Below are positions 25,077-35,400 of a stretch of DNA of 64,000 nt, one piece after another (position 1 is the first letter of the stretch; every line of letters starts with the position of its first letter). A program made the translations under genes and the position numbers. Source of the DNA: an uncultured Bacteroidales bacterium. Its GTDB lineage: Bacteria > Bacteroidota > Bacteroidia > Bacteroidales > WCHB1-69. The DNA lies in the NCBI GenBank assembly GCA_905233745.1, contig CAJODA010000006.1, forward strand, positions 5 to 64,004. The letters are read 5' to 3'. The notes below the pieces were generated by a model. The model was given only the letters and a program-made list of their open reading frames with translations, made no database searches and was not told the origin of the DNA.

Positions 25077-25206
25077 AAAGAATTATAACTCAAGGTATCA
25101 TTTAGTAACTATAGAAAACTTACCGTTTTTAAACGGAAAACAAAAATAGCAAATTTTCGTTGCAAAACTTCATTTTTTTTCAGAAAGCATATTTTTTTTA
25201 ATACCC

Positions 25207-26175
25207 TCAATAAAATTTATCCTTCATCAGATAGCGGCGCACATATGAGGCGATACCGTCCTCCAAAGAGTAAAAAGCTCTCTTATAGCCTGTTGAGCGC
25301 ATTTTACGCATGGTAGCCTCTGTAAAATACTGGTATTTGTCGCGAATATCGGCCGGCATGTCCACAAATTCAATATCAGGCTCAAGTCCCATTGCTTTGA
25401 ATGTGGATTCGGCAAGCGTAAGGAACGGACGGGCGCAACCGGTACCGAGATTGTATATTCCTGACTGGGGATAGTGGGTCATGAACCAATACAGCACACG
25501 CACAACATCTTTCACATACACAAAATCGCGCAACTGCATGCCATCGGCAAAATCAGGACGATGTGAACGGAAAAGTTTCACCTTGCCAGTCTCTTTGATT
25601 TGATTAAAGGAATGGAAAATCACAGAGGCCATACGACCTTTGTGATACTCATTAGGGCCATATACATTAAAGAATTTGAAGCCATACCAACAGGGAGGTG
25701 CCACTGCCTGCTTCAAAATCCATTTGTCAACCTCATTCTTCGAACGGCCATAGGGATTCAATGGAGTAAGTTTATACGCCAAAGCATCCTCATCATTATA
25801 ACCCAGCTCTCCTGCGCCATACGTGGCGGCAGAGGAGGCATAGAGCAAAGGAATACCGTGTCGCGCAGCAAAAGTCCACATCCGCTGCGTATAATACACG
25901 TTCAATGTCTCAAACACCGAATAATCGAACTCTGTAGTATCCGTTCGGGCGCCCAAGTGTATGATACAATCCACCTGACGGGCATTCTGCTCAGCCCAAT
26001 CAAAAAAGTCTTCCCGCTGGATTTTGTCGGCGTAACGTTTATCCTCCCAGTTCCGGCGCTTGGCCATCTTTGTAAAATCATCAACAAGAATGAGGTCCTC
26101 TCGCCCCATCTCGTTGAGTTTCGCAACCATACAACTACCTATAAATCCAGCAGCTCCAGTTATTACTATCATCAT
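25207..26175 (-). CDS. hldD: ADP-L-glycero-D-manno-heptose 6-epimerase
   Basis: ITGAAGFIGS, LYASSAATYG, FNVYGPNEYHKGRMASV, RDFVYVKDV and NLGTG line up with the E. coli HldD pattern. The start was trimmed to MMIVITG (26175) because a terminator and a -7 box occupy the longer ORF extension. Confidence 0.8.
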   Translation of the reverse strand: MMIVITGAAGFIGSCMVAKLNEMGREDLILVDDFTKMAKRRNWEDKRYADKIQREDFFDWAEQNARQVDCIIHLGARTDTTEFDYSVFETLNVYYTQRMWTFAARHGIPLLYASSAATYGAGELGYNDEDALAYKLTPLNPYGRSKNEVDKWILKQAVAPPCWYGFKFFNVYGPNEYHKGRMASVIFHSFNQIKETGKVKLFRSHRPDFADGMQLRDFVYVKDVVRVLYWFMTHYPQSGIYNLGTGCARPFLTLAESTFKAMGLEPDIEFVDMPADIRDKYQYFTEATMRKMRSTGYKRAFYSLEDGIASYVRRYLMKDKFY

Positions 26176-26189
26176 TTTGGAATTTGGTG

Positions 26190-26197
26190 CAAAGGTA
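26190..26197 (-). promoter_or_regulatory. -7 box (TACCTTTG on the minus strand) for hldD
   Basis: Exact TAnnTTTG match, 15 nt upstream of the ATG at 26175. Confidence 0.4.
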
Positions 26198-26226
26198 AAC
26201 AAAAACGGGCACCAAAGAGTGCCCGT
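26197..26226 (-). terminator. Intrinsic terminator of the por operon
   Basis: On the minus strand: ACGGGCAC-TCTTTGG-GTGCCCGT followed by TTTTGTTT. It lies 33 nt after the porN stop. Confidence 0.7.
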
Positions 26227-26258
26227 CACTGTATTTATTATGAAAAAGTTTGTTTTTT

Positions 26259-27203
26259 TTAAAACTCCCAGAGATCGCTCTCGAAAGTACGCAACCGCTC
26301 AGTGATCTTTTCAGATTCAATGCGTTGGTCGCGAGAATTGGCTATGTAGTCCTGAATATCACGGTCATACACATTGGCTTCCTTGTAGATATAACTGGCG
26401 AAATCGCGTTTCCAAGTAATAAGGTCATCGTAAGAAAGACGCTGAGCGTTATTCTTTACATTGTAAACCTCTTGCTTGGCGAGGAAGGGTCTGAGCTCAT
26501 TGTAATAAATGTAGCCTACTCTCTTCTTCGTCATAGTACCTCTCACCTCGTTTTCATCAGAGCCGCCTTCACCACCGTCATAATCAAATGATGAAGAGTT
26601 GGCACGCTCATGCTCGATGATAGGTTCAATCTCCAGAATCTGGACATAAAATCTGGAAGCTTGCTTGTCGAAGTACCAGATTTCCTTTACGTTGTAGGAG
26701 ATAACCTGTTTGGGTTCATACTCTACGACCATCTCTTTGGTACCAATCTCCTCACCCGTCTCCAGGTCAATTTCTGGAATCTGAGAGACCTCAGACAGGT
26801 TGCCTCTGATTTCATCACGAGAAAAGGGCAGAGTGCACATCTCATCGGAATATATTGTAAGCACACCTTCTGTCTTTTCGGGATTGGCCATATCAATGGC
26901 GTCGAATATAGTTTGTGACAGACTTCTCCATGTTCCCTTCGTTTCTGTCGGGAAATAGAGCGGATGGTTCACTTTTTCGCGCAGATCAATGGTTCTCCAA
27001 ATGGTATAGTAGTACATCACGTCAGCCTGACGGACAGGAGCATAGGGGATTGGGTCTGAAAACTCACCCACATCCACCTGTTCCCAGGCAAACTCAACGG
27101 GTTTGCGTATAGGCTGGCCCATGGTGCTACCTTCTTCGTCCTCTTGTGCAAACGCAAATGAGGCAGCAAACAATCCTAATAACAATAAACCAAACTTTTT
27201 CAT
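26259..27203 (-). CDS. porN: T9SS ring component PorN/GldN
   Basis: Last gene of the conserved gldK-L-M-N order. It has a signal peptide (MKKFGLLLLGLFAASFAFAQ) and a size of 314 aa. Confidence 0.85.
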   Translation of the reverse strand: MKKFGLLLLGLFAASFAFAQEDEEGSTMGQPIRKPVEFAWEQVDVGEFSDPIPYAPVRQADVMYYYTIWRTIDLREKVNHPLYFPTETKGTWRSLSQTIFDAIDMANPEKTEGVLTIYSDEMCTLPFSRDEIRGNLSEVSQIPEIDLETGEEIGTKEMVVEYEPKQVISYNVKEIWYFDKQASRFYVQILEIEPIIEHERANSSSFDYDGGEGGSDENEVRGTMTKKRVGYIYYNELRPFLAKQEVYNVKNNAQRLSYDDLITWKRDFASYIYKEANVYDRDIQDYIANSRDQRIESEKITERLRTFESDLWEF

Positions 27204-27224
27204 AATAAATTTATTTTTAATTGA

Positions 27225-28856
27225 TTATCTAATACGCACAGAGAATTCATCCAACGTACGGGAACCAGCTTCGGAGGTAGCTTTGATGTCCGTGAAGTAG
27301 ATGACTGTATTGGCGGGAGATTTCTGCAATTTAGCTTTCACAGCCTCAGAGAGGGCACCACCTTGGCAAGCCATGGCCGGATCTTCCATACCCTTGCTCA
27401 CGAAGATAACACGGAAGGAGGTCACAGTCCACTTTAAATCATAAACAAAGTCCTCTCCCATAGTAGCACGGATGACAGGGTTTGCCAGCAACTCAGCTTT
27501 GGCGCGTTTGCCTCCACGGATACCAGCACCCAACACGGCGCGAGGATCTGGAACTTTCTTTACACGGAACGTGGTAGCACCCATATTCTTGGTACTTTCG
27601 CCCACTTTTGCTGATACCGTGGCATTCACCGTCTTGCCAATCATGTTTACGGGAACCGTTACATTGTATTTGCCTGCACCCTGGCTGGAAATGTTACAGC
27701 CGGGGAAAGAGACGGTCAACTTACCCGGATCAACAGGACCGGAAATGGATACCGGGTTTGCGATTCCGGCATAAAGCACGTTCATCTTGTCAGCAGCAAT
27801 GGTAGCAGAAGGTTTCAACACGGTGTACTTATCTCTGAAACCGTAGTATTTGTCTTGACCGTTAGGACCTTTAACCTTGATCAAACCGGCAAACTTCTGA
27901 TCGCCAATACCAGCGGTACCAATTTTCAGCTTAACGACACCGTTCTCGCCTTCGAGTTTGGTGGCGCTGCCAAGACCCTCTACAGTCAACGTATCCGCAC
28001 CCATCTTATAGTAAACCTCGGGGGTGGACTTGGTGTCGTACGCGGCAACGATAATGTCAGCCTCGTAACTGTCACCGGAGAAGACCATTTGGGATTTCGG
28101 GATAGCGCGGCCCTCAACCTGGTCGAATTTGAAGTCATCGGCACTGATGGAGGCCTTAAGATAGCTCAGCATCAGAGATTCAGCATTGCGCACCTCGCCT
28201 ATTTCCTTGTTAAGCAGGGTTATGGCAGCGGCAGCAATGATATGGTCGAAGTTGTGCTCTTCCCAAGATTGCTCGAAACCATCTTTCTTGAACTTGGCAT
28301 CCACATCCAAACCGAATGCTTTAGAGAGGCCTTCACGGTCAGCGGGTTTCGCAAGTTTAAGGATATTGGCCTTATAAGCTTTAATTTTCTCCTTCAGTTC
28401 TTTGGCGTGACCCTTGTTAATCATATAGTCCGTGGGTTTGTCGAAATTCTCCTTGGCCTTCATGGTCGCCACCGTTGTCGGTGCCTTGACCTTCTTGCCA
28501 TCAGGGGTTTTCGTTTCAGCGATAGTATCACCATCCACGAACATAATCAGGTCTTTCTTAAGTGTCTCAATATACTTAACCATATCGTTAGTCTCCTTGC
28601 GGAGTTTCTTGGCATTGGTATAAGCATCGTGAATCTTGGCTTCGCCAAGGAGGAGTTTCTGCTGTTCAAACCAGTTATAGTCATTACCATTCTGGATGGT
28701 CGCATTGCGTGTGGAAGTCTGCAAGGTATCGTCCACCACGATGAAAGCATTCAAAATATCCGCAGATACATTCAACGCCAACATTGCGGTGTAAACCAGA
28801 TACATCATCTGAATCATCTTCTGTCTCGGGGTCTCCGGACAATTTGTTGCACCCAT
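27225..28856 (-). CDS. porM: T9SS motor/shaft protein PorM/GldM
   Basis: The N-terminus TPRQKMIQMMYLVYTAMLALNVS is the hallmark GldM start. The size is 543 aa. Confidence 0.92.
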   Translation of the reverse strand: MGATNCPETPRQKMIQMMYLVYTAMLALNVSADILNAFIVVDDTLQTSTRNATIQNGNDYNWFEQQKLLLGEAKIHDAYTNAKKLRKETNDMVKYIETLKKDLIMFVDGDTIAETKTPDGKKVKAPTTVATMKAKENFDKPTDYMINKGHAKELKEKIKAYKANILKLAKPADREGLSKAFGLDVDAKFKKDGFEQSWEEHNFDHIIAAAAITLLNKEIGEVRNAESLMLSYLKASISADDFKFDQVEGRAIPKSQMVFSGDSYEADIIVAAYDTKSTPEVYYKMGADTLTVEGLGSATKLEGENGVVKLKIGTAGIGDQKFAGLIKVKGPNGQDKYYGFRDKYTVLKPSATIAADKMNVLYAGIANPVSISGPVDPGKLTVSFPGCNISSQGAGKYNVTVPVNMIGKTVNATVSAKVGESTKNMGATTFRVKKVPDPRAVLGAGIRGGKRAKAELLANPVIRATMGEDFVYDLKWTVTSFRVIFVSKGMEDPAMACQGGALSEAVKAKLQKSPANTVIYFTDIKATSEAGSRTLDEFSVRIR

Positions 28857-28903
28857 TTTCTAAATTATTTTAGTTAAAATTAGTAAATGATGAAATGATT
28901 AGA

Positions 28904-29623
28904 TTATTTATTGGTATTTACACCCATTGCAGCCAACATATTGCCATAAACCTTGCTCAAAGCGGCGATGTTGTTCGTCAATTTATCCATCTCTGCTTTG
29001 TAAGTGGTGGTCTGCTCGTAAGCGGCGGTCAGTTGGTTGACGGCGTTTGTAGCCTTCTTCAGACTCTCGACGTAGGCAACAGAAGCGCTGCTGTCAGTAT
29101 CGAGGGAAGTGGCAATCTTGTCATATTTGAGAGTGAGGTTACGCACGGATTCGGAAGCCTTGGTCATGTTGCCGACGAAAGCATCAGTAGCTATTGCTGC
29201 ATCGGAGACACCGGCCAGCTTTCTGGCGTTGTCGCTAAGGTTACGCATGCCTGTGGCGAGGCTTTCAATGAGTTCGGGACCGATTTTAGCCTCTTCCAAC
29301 ATCTTATCAAGCTGTTGGGTCGGAGTGGCACCTTGAGCCATTTTTTTCTTTTCACGTTTGGTCGGTTCAGATGTTTCATCGGCGATTGCCAGTTCAGGGT
29401 AAACCAATGCCCAGTTGTATTCCACATGCAAAGGCTCGAAAGCGGAGAAGAAGAAAATGATAGTTTCGGTGAACATACCGATCATAAGCATGACGTTAGC
29501 ACCCGGCCAGTGTAAGATTTTGAACAAAGCGCCCAAGATAACAACAGCGGCACCCCAGCCATACAGCTTGGCCATGAAATTCTTGTAACCATTGGTTCTA
29601 ACAAATCTGTCAATTGCGTTCAT
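28904..29623 (-). CDS. porL: T9SS motor protein PorL/GldL
   Basis: KLYGWGAAVVILGALFKILHWPGA plus a second TM helix, then an alpha-helical cytoplasmic tail. The size is 239 aa. Confidence 0.9.
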   Translation of the reverse strand: MNAIDRFVRTNGYKNFMAKLYGWGAAVVILGALFKILHWPGANVMLMIGMFTETIIFFFSAFEPLHVEYNWALVYPELAIADETSEPTKREKKKMAQGATPTQQLDKMLEEAKIGPELIESLATGMRNLSDNARKLAGVSDAAIATDAFVGNMTKASESVRNLTLKYDKIATSLDTDSSASVAYVESLKKATNAVNQLTAAYEQTTTYKAEMDKLTNNIAALSKVYGNMLAAMGVNTNK

Positions 29624-29674
29624 TTTTTAATGATTTAATTTAGGTTAATGATTTTATTGATAAATAGTTAATTT

Positions 29675-31105
29675 CTAGTAAACGTGTGATGCGCTCTTTG
29701 ATCCGTTATCGCCTCTCTGACGTCCCATGAAAGATTGGACATTACGGAATCCCACGTATGACTTGCAAGTATCCTGATACTCGTATGATCTGGCGTAAAC
29801 TGTGGTGTAATAGCTGACATCCTTCCATGAACCTCCGCGAATGACTTTTCTCTTCTTTGCAGGAGAGTCGTCTTTTTTAGCGTAGTAGGTGTACTGCGGG
29901 TTCATGTCATGGGTGAAGTTGGTAGCTGACTTGTCGAATGCATCTTCGCACCACTCAGCCACGTTGCCACTCATGTCAAACAGGCCCCAATCATTAGGAT
30001 GGTAGTGGGCCACGATGCTGGGATAGAAGTTGTCGTCAGCGATATAGTTACCTCTTTGAGGTTTGAAGTTGCTCAGGTAGCAGCCGTTGCTGTTGGAGGT
30101 ATAGGGGCCGCCCCACGGATAGGTGGCCAGGGAGTTTCCTCCTCTTGCTGCCCACTCCCACTCGGCTTCGGAAGGAAGTCTGAATTCATGCTCGTTCGCA
30201 TACTCTTTTGAAGAGAGCCAGGACATACGCAGTTGGGTTCTCCAATGGGAGAAAGCCTTTGCCTGCTGCCAGCTCACACCCACGACCGGGTAATTGTCGT
30301 ACTGCGGGTTGGAGAAATAATTCAGCAACATCGGCTCATTATAGGAATAGACGAAGTCATGGGCCCAGCAAAGGGTGTCCGGGTAAATGTTAACTACCTC
30401 ATGCTTGATAAAGCGCTGATAACCGTTGCCCATACTGCTCGGACGGTTGGCGTACAAACCGCCGTAGTCGGAACCTTCCTTATCAAACTCTTTGGCGGAA
30501 GCTCCGAAATTGTCCGGATTCTTGGGGTCATGGTAATTGCGATAGTCATACCACCAGTACTCATAATTGAACATGGAGATATTGGTGGTGTTCGGACGGT
30601 AATGATAGAAACGCGTGTTCACCTTGTTGTACAACGGGCTCAACGCGGCCTGAACCTCCTCATTGTCGGAATCCCAGGGGATATCTTCCCTCCAGTTTAT
30701 CAACTTGGGTTCAATGATTTCACCTTCATTCTCGCCTTTGGTGTATTTCAAATAATGGCCGTATTTCTCAGCTTCGTCAATTTCCGCGTCACCGAGAAGG
30801 ACGTGTGCGAGGGAGTCGCGCACCCAATTTACGAACTGACGGTACTCATTGTTCGTAATCTCAGTCTCGTCCATCCAAAAAGCCCCGATGGTCACGTTTT
30901 TCGACTGCTGTGTCAAAGCGAACGGCACATCTTGATCACCACCGCCCATGAGATAGTGCCCTGTGGGGATATACACCATACCATAAGGCTCAAGGTCGGA
31001 AAATACAGGACGGTCTTTTACGCCGACCAACTGGCCGTCGCCACCGTTGTTGCAGGACGTGAGAACCACCAACGCCACTGCGAGCATAATAATTACCCTT
31101 TTCAT
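29675..31105 (-). CDS. porK: T9SS outer-membrane-ring lipoprotein PorK/GldK (FGE-sulfatase/SUMF1 fold)
   Basis: Lipobox LTSC. It carries the motifs PVVGVSWQQAKAFSHW, RLPSEAEWEWAARGG and RGGSWKD. Confidence 0.92.
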   Translation of the reverse strand: MKRVIIMLAVALVVLTSCNNGGDGQLVGVKDRPVFSDLEPYGMVYIPTGHYLMGGGDQDVPFALTQQSKNVTIGAFWMDETEITNNEYRQFVNWVRDSLAHVLLGDAEIDEAEKYGHYLKYTKGENEGEIIEPKLINWREDIPWDSDNEEVQAALSPLYNKVNTRFYHYRPNTTNISMFNYEYWWYDYRNYHDPKNPDNFGASAKEFDKEGSDYGGLYANRPSSMGNGYQRFIKHEVVNIYPDTLCWAHDFVYSYNEPMLLNYFSNPQYDNYPVVGVSWQQAKAFSHWRTQLRMSWLSSKEYANEHEFRLPSEAEWEWAARGGNSLATYPWGGPYTSNSNGCYLSNFKPQRGNYIADDNFYPSIVAHYHPNDWGLFDMSGNVAEWCEDAFDKSATNFTHDMNPQYTYYAKKDDSPAKKRKVIRGGSWKDVSYYTTVYARSYEYQDTCKSYVGFRNVQSFMGRQRGDNGSKSASHVY

Positions 31106-31154
31106 TTTATTGCAATTTATATTTTTTCTAACGGGATTAAGTCTATTTTATTTT

Positions 31155-32207
31155 TTAGTACTGATTTTTATAGATATTTCTTGAGGATCCATAGCCAGAG
31201 AAGATCTCCGGTCTGTAAATGTCGAAGCAATAACGTATCATGACCTCCACATCACCAAAGCTCCTGTTAGCGCGGTATCCAAGACTGTTGGCCGTAATAC
31301 CATAACTGATGGCAGCTTCAAGTCCCTTCAGGTAAACATTTGAGGAGTTGTAGAAGGGCCGTGTACCAAAGATGAGGGAGACGTTGTCGTTAAGACGGTA
31401 TCCCAAACCTCCCCAAAGCAGTCCGTTATACCGAACCAATCCCATAACGTCAATCTGATACGTCTTGAAGTCCGTCTTCACCATGGCGTGGGGTATGATT
31501 TCCCAGTTGGGATTGGAAGGCAATATCCAAGTGTAGCCGCCATGGAAATACAACTGAGGATTACGGGACACATAGTCCTGATTACCAGCAACACGCAAAA
31601 CGCGCTTCTTGTCAAAAGCGCTGGCCAGCTGCGTAACACCAACTCCGGCATACCATTGGTCACACTTGTATTGTACACCCAAACTGAAATCAATGTCCAA
31701 AGTGGACTCACCCAATTTGTCCAAAACCGGATCCCCGGTCTGGATAGGTCTCCATCCGTCTGACTTGATCTGCTGGTTGTACAAGCTCACCTGAGCACCT
31801 ATGCCCAAGTGACCGTTCCCGATACGTAACTTATATGAATAGCCCAATTTCACACCGATATTGTTATAATGGCCAATTATGTCTTCAACAAAGGTAACAC
31901 CAAGAGATCCATGCAGCTTCTTCAGGTAGCTTTCCATGCTGAAATAGAAGTCCTGCGGAGCTGTCTTCTCCTTCTTCAGTGAATCGCCCTGCATATACAC
32001 GTCATTCCATCCAAGATACTTGTTGTTGTAAATGGCCGTAAAGCATAAGGTATTGTTCTGTTCACCGATACCGCCAGCATTGTAATAGGAAGTGGCCCAC
32101 GGAAACAAAGTGAATTGAACATCATCCTGTGCAAAACATGCACCTCCCGTAACGAGGGTGAATAGTAGCACAATCGCAAATCGCCTTATCTGAGCTCCTT
32201 TATTCAT
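31155..32207 (-). CDS. porP: T9SS membrane protein PorP/SprF family
   Basis: Signal peptide followed by QDDVQFTLFPWATSYYNAGGIG (compare the family start QD..FSQY....NPA..G). It is a beta-barrel-like protein of 350 aa lying directly upstream of porK. Confidence 0.85.
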   Translation of the reverse strand: MNKGAQIRRFAIVLLFTLVTGGACFAQDDVQFTLFPWATSYYNAGGIGEQNNTLCFTAIYNNKYLGWNDVYMQGDSLKKEKTAPQDFYFSMESYLKKLHGSLGVTFVEDIIGHYNNIGVKLGYSYKLRIGNGHLGIGAQVSLYNQQIKSDGWRPIQTGDPVLDKLGESTLDIDFSLGVQYKCDQWYAGVGVTQLASAFDKKRVLRVAGNQDYVSRNPQLYFHGGYTWILPSNPNWEIIPHAMVKTDFKTYQIDVMGLVRYNGLLWGGLGYRLNDNVSLIFGTRPFYNSSNVYLKGLEAAISYGITANSLGYRANRSFGDVEVMIRYCFDIYRPEIFSGYGSSRNIYKNQY

Positions 32208-32463
32208 AATTGGTTATTGTAGTTTGACAACTCTTTGTCATCCAATATATTAACTCACTTCTCTGCTATCTTTACCATTTAACTAACCTCTCTTATACTC
32301 ACATTTCAGAAATAAGTTACATATTGCAATGAACATTATTTTTTTTCAAGCGCCAAAAATACTAATTATTTTTTAGGATTTGTCTTTTTCGGTTCCATTT
32401 TTTGATTTTTATCAGAAAATTTAACATAAGGTATTATAATTCAGAAAGATAAAAAGTAAAAAA

Positions 32464-35400
32464 TTAAAAATGGGCTTTAAGCGTCAGGTTACCGGTATGC
32501 ACGGCCTTGTTACCCGCCGATTTACGACCCTCATACTGCAAAGCCATCTGCAAATATTCGGTGATGGAAAGCTGGAAATCTGCCCCCCAAAGCACATTCT
32601 CACCAAAGGTCAGGCCGTTCAGCATCATGTAAGACAATGCACTTTCCGCAGGTGTGAACCCACGGATACCGACATACTGGAGCGTAGCGGAAAGCACTCC
32701 GCGCTTGAGCATTTTGTAACTGAACGACCCTTTAAGGTCATGGGTGCGCGCATATTCGCTGCCTTGCATGTTGCGCTTATAGGTAAAGGCATAGTTCAGT
32801 GTGGCAAAATAGGCATTGGAAAACTGCAGCTGCAAATTGCCTCCGGCCGTGTGTTGACGGAGCTCGTAGCAACGAGATGCCATCATTTCAGAACGGTTAA
32901 GATTGACCTGCCGCTGGTAGGTGGCTTGCAGGTATACCGTTCTGTGCGGCGTGCTCTTAAGCACCACCTGCTGCATCGAAGTCGTGCTGTATTCACTGCC
33001 GTAGTAGAGCAACTCCTTGTTACGCGCCTCCTGCACCACCACATCAAAAGCAAACTTGGAGGTACTGTTGTTGAATGAAAAGATGTTGTTCAGCGACATA
33101 CTGTGACTGACCAAGAGGGTGTCATCCATCCGTATCGGGAAGGGATTGAAGAGCGGAGCAGACTGCTTGGTCTGCGTGCGTAGCATCGTGATGTTGGAAA
33201 ATCTGGACAAAAAGCGCTTGAATCCGCCACTGTTCCGCCATACTGCCGCAGGGCGAAGCTGCACACTCTGCGACAATTGCGTGTTGTAGGTGTTGACATA
33301 GTCCGTACCGGTAAGCCACACCTTCACATAGTCGGCTTCATCTTGAAAGGCCGCCACCTCAAATTCGTCAAGTTCCTCCACCCCGTTGCGGTTATAATCC
33401 CGCCAGACATAGGTACCCTGGCCTGCCGCCACCTTGATGAACGTGTAGTTTTTCTTCAGTTCCATGCCATTGCCAATTTCATAATAGGTGCTCAGTGAGA
33501 TGGCATTTTTGCAAAAACGTCCCGAATATTCCGCATTACCGACAAACATATTCTCAGCCTTTCCCCATCGCAAGCTGTCCCGCATCTGCTGGTTCCGGTA
33601 GGTGGCTCGGGCGCTGAAATGTTGGTTCTTGATGCGGTCGAAAGAAAAAGAGGCATTGACCTCATGAATACGAGTGTTCATTTGAAGCCTGTCCTCATCA
33701 GGGAGATATTCCAACCTGTTCTTATAAGAGACTATATATTTATATAAGGACGTATCCCCATTCCTTATGTAAGCAAAAGCCTCATTGAAGGCATAGCTGT
33801 TCAACCGCATGGAGTCTGTAATGGCCTCCCGGAAGATATTGTGTTCCAACAAATCGGAAACACCAACCTCCAGTTTCTTAAACGAATAGGAGAGCTTGTT
33901 GTTGGAAGCGACAAAAGAGCTGGTCTGGACCGTATCGGAGGTGTGAAGCCAGGAGGTTTGCGTACGAGCCAGCAGGCCCCGCCACTCATTATGCGACACC
34001 AATTCGTTGCGTATAGCATTCAATGTTCCGAATCTGGTCAACCAATTGAGCGAGTAATGGGTTCTGCTGTATCTGGGATGCGCTATTCCAATCACGGCTT
34101 GCAGCATCTGCTCGGAAGCGGATTCCGAGTATTCACTGTCGAGATTATAGTTCCGGGCAAACTCCACCTCGCGAAAGCGTTCCACAGCATGGAAATTTTT
34201 CTGAACAAACTGCCACTGCAATGATGTGTTAAGACGCCATTGGCCAGTATCCGCATCCTGTTTTCCAAGCGGTTGTTCATGTCTGGCTGCCAGAAAATAA
34301 GCAAAGCCCACGTTGTCCTGGTCATCCGTCCGCGAGAAGGTGTTTCTATCGTAATTGGACAATGCCAATTCCGTCTGTAGCAAAGTATTCGTCGTGACAT
34401 TGTAATCCGCCGCGATGGTTGCCATCTGCACCAGTTTAGGGGTAGTGAGAAGCATTACAGGTTCATATTCACCTTGCGGGACCCCGTTACTCGGCGCCAC
34501 CCACCCGAACACTCTGCCATTGGCGGTACTGCTCAACAGACGGTATGACCCCCTCTGCGTCCCCATATAGGTAAAACCCACATCATACAACTGGACTGAA
34601 TCGTTTGTACAGAACTGATAAATCTCGTAGTGTACGCCATCCACTACCGTATCCATCTTAGCATATTGTATCCGATCTGAAGAATAGGCAGTTGAATCCG
34701 AGTTAGGAAAAAACGCCCTGTCTTCAGCATCTCCAAGAGCTGCAAGAAACAGCTTATGTCGATCCGTCAGCTCAGGTTGAACGGACTGGTTCTTCATATC
34801 TTGCTCTTGAAAAAAATTCACCCTCAAAAAAAGTGGACGTTTTTCACCAATTTTCATCTCATTATAGGTATAGAGGTTATACCTTGAATAATGCCTGTCC
34901 GTGCACTCAAACTCAACCACCAGACGCTTCTCCGAAGTAATCAGCGTGGCAGGCGTGAAGGTGATTTCCGCAGTATTATAATCAATCGTATAATCATTCT
35001 CCTGGCCGCGAGTGAGCAGCACGCCATCCATATATACACGCTCTGAGCCGGCCACTACCACGATATTGGTCTCATTGTTCTCCCCGTAAAGTCGATATGG
35101 GCCCTGCACTCCGTTCTGTGGCAGGATGGCTTGGCGGACATATTTTCCTTTGGTCACACCACCGCCCACGGCATTCGACAACGTATTGTTCTTCCAGGCA
35201 GTATTCAGCCTGAGCCCCATACCCAAGATATTTCTGTTTACATTCAAAAACAAATCCTTAGGAGGAGTTATAAGCACATCACCGGCATCGACTTTCAGAA
35301 TTTTTTTATAATTTAATGTTATAAATATGTTATTGATACTTGAAAGATATTCTGTGTTACCTTCGGGTTGAATCGGCACGTTCTTATCAGAAATAGATGC

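Noticed and set aside
24030-31243. Long plus-strand ORFs 24030..25073, 27855..28877 and 30233..31243 opposite recQ, porM and porK
   Set aside because: Each lies entirely inside a minus-strand gene with diagnostic family motifs, so they are treated as shadow frames. The same reasoning applies to 18500..19297, 55435..56310 and 60017..60847.
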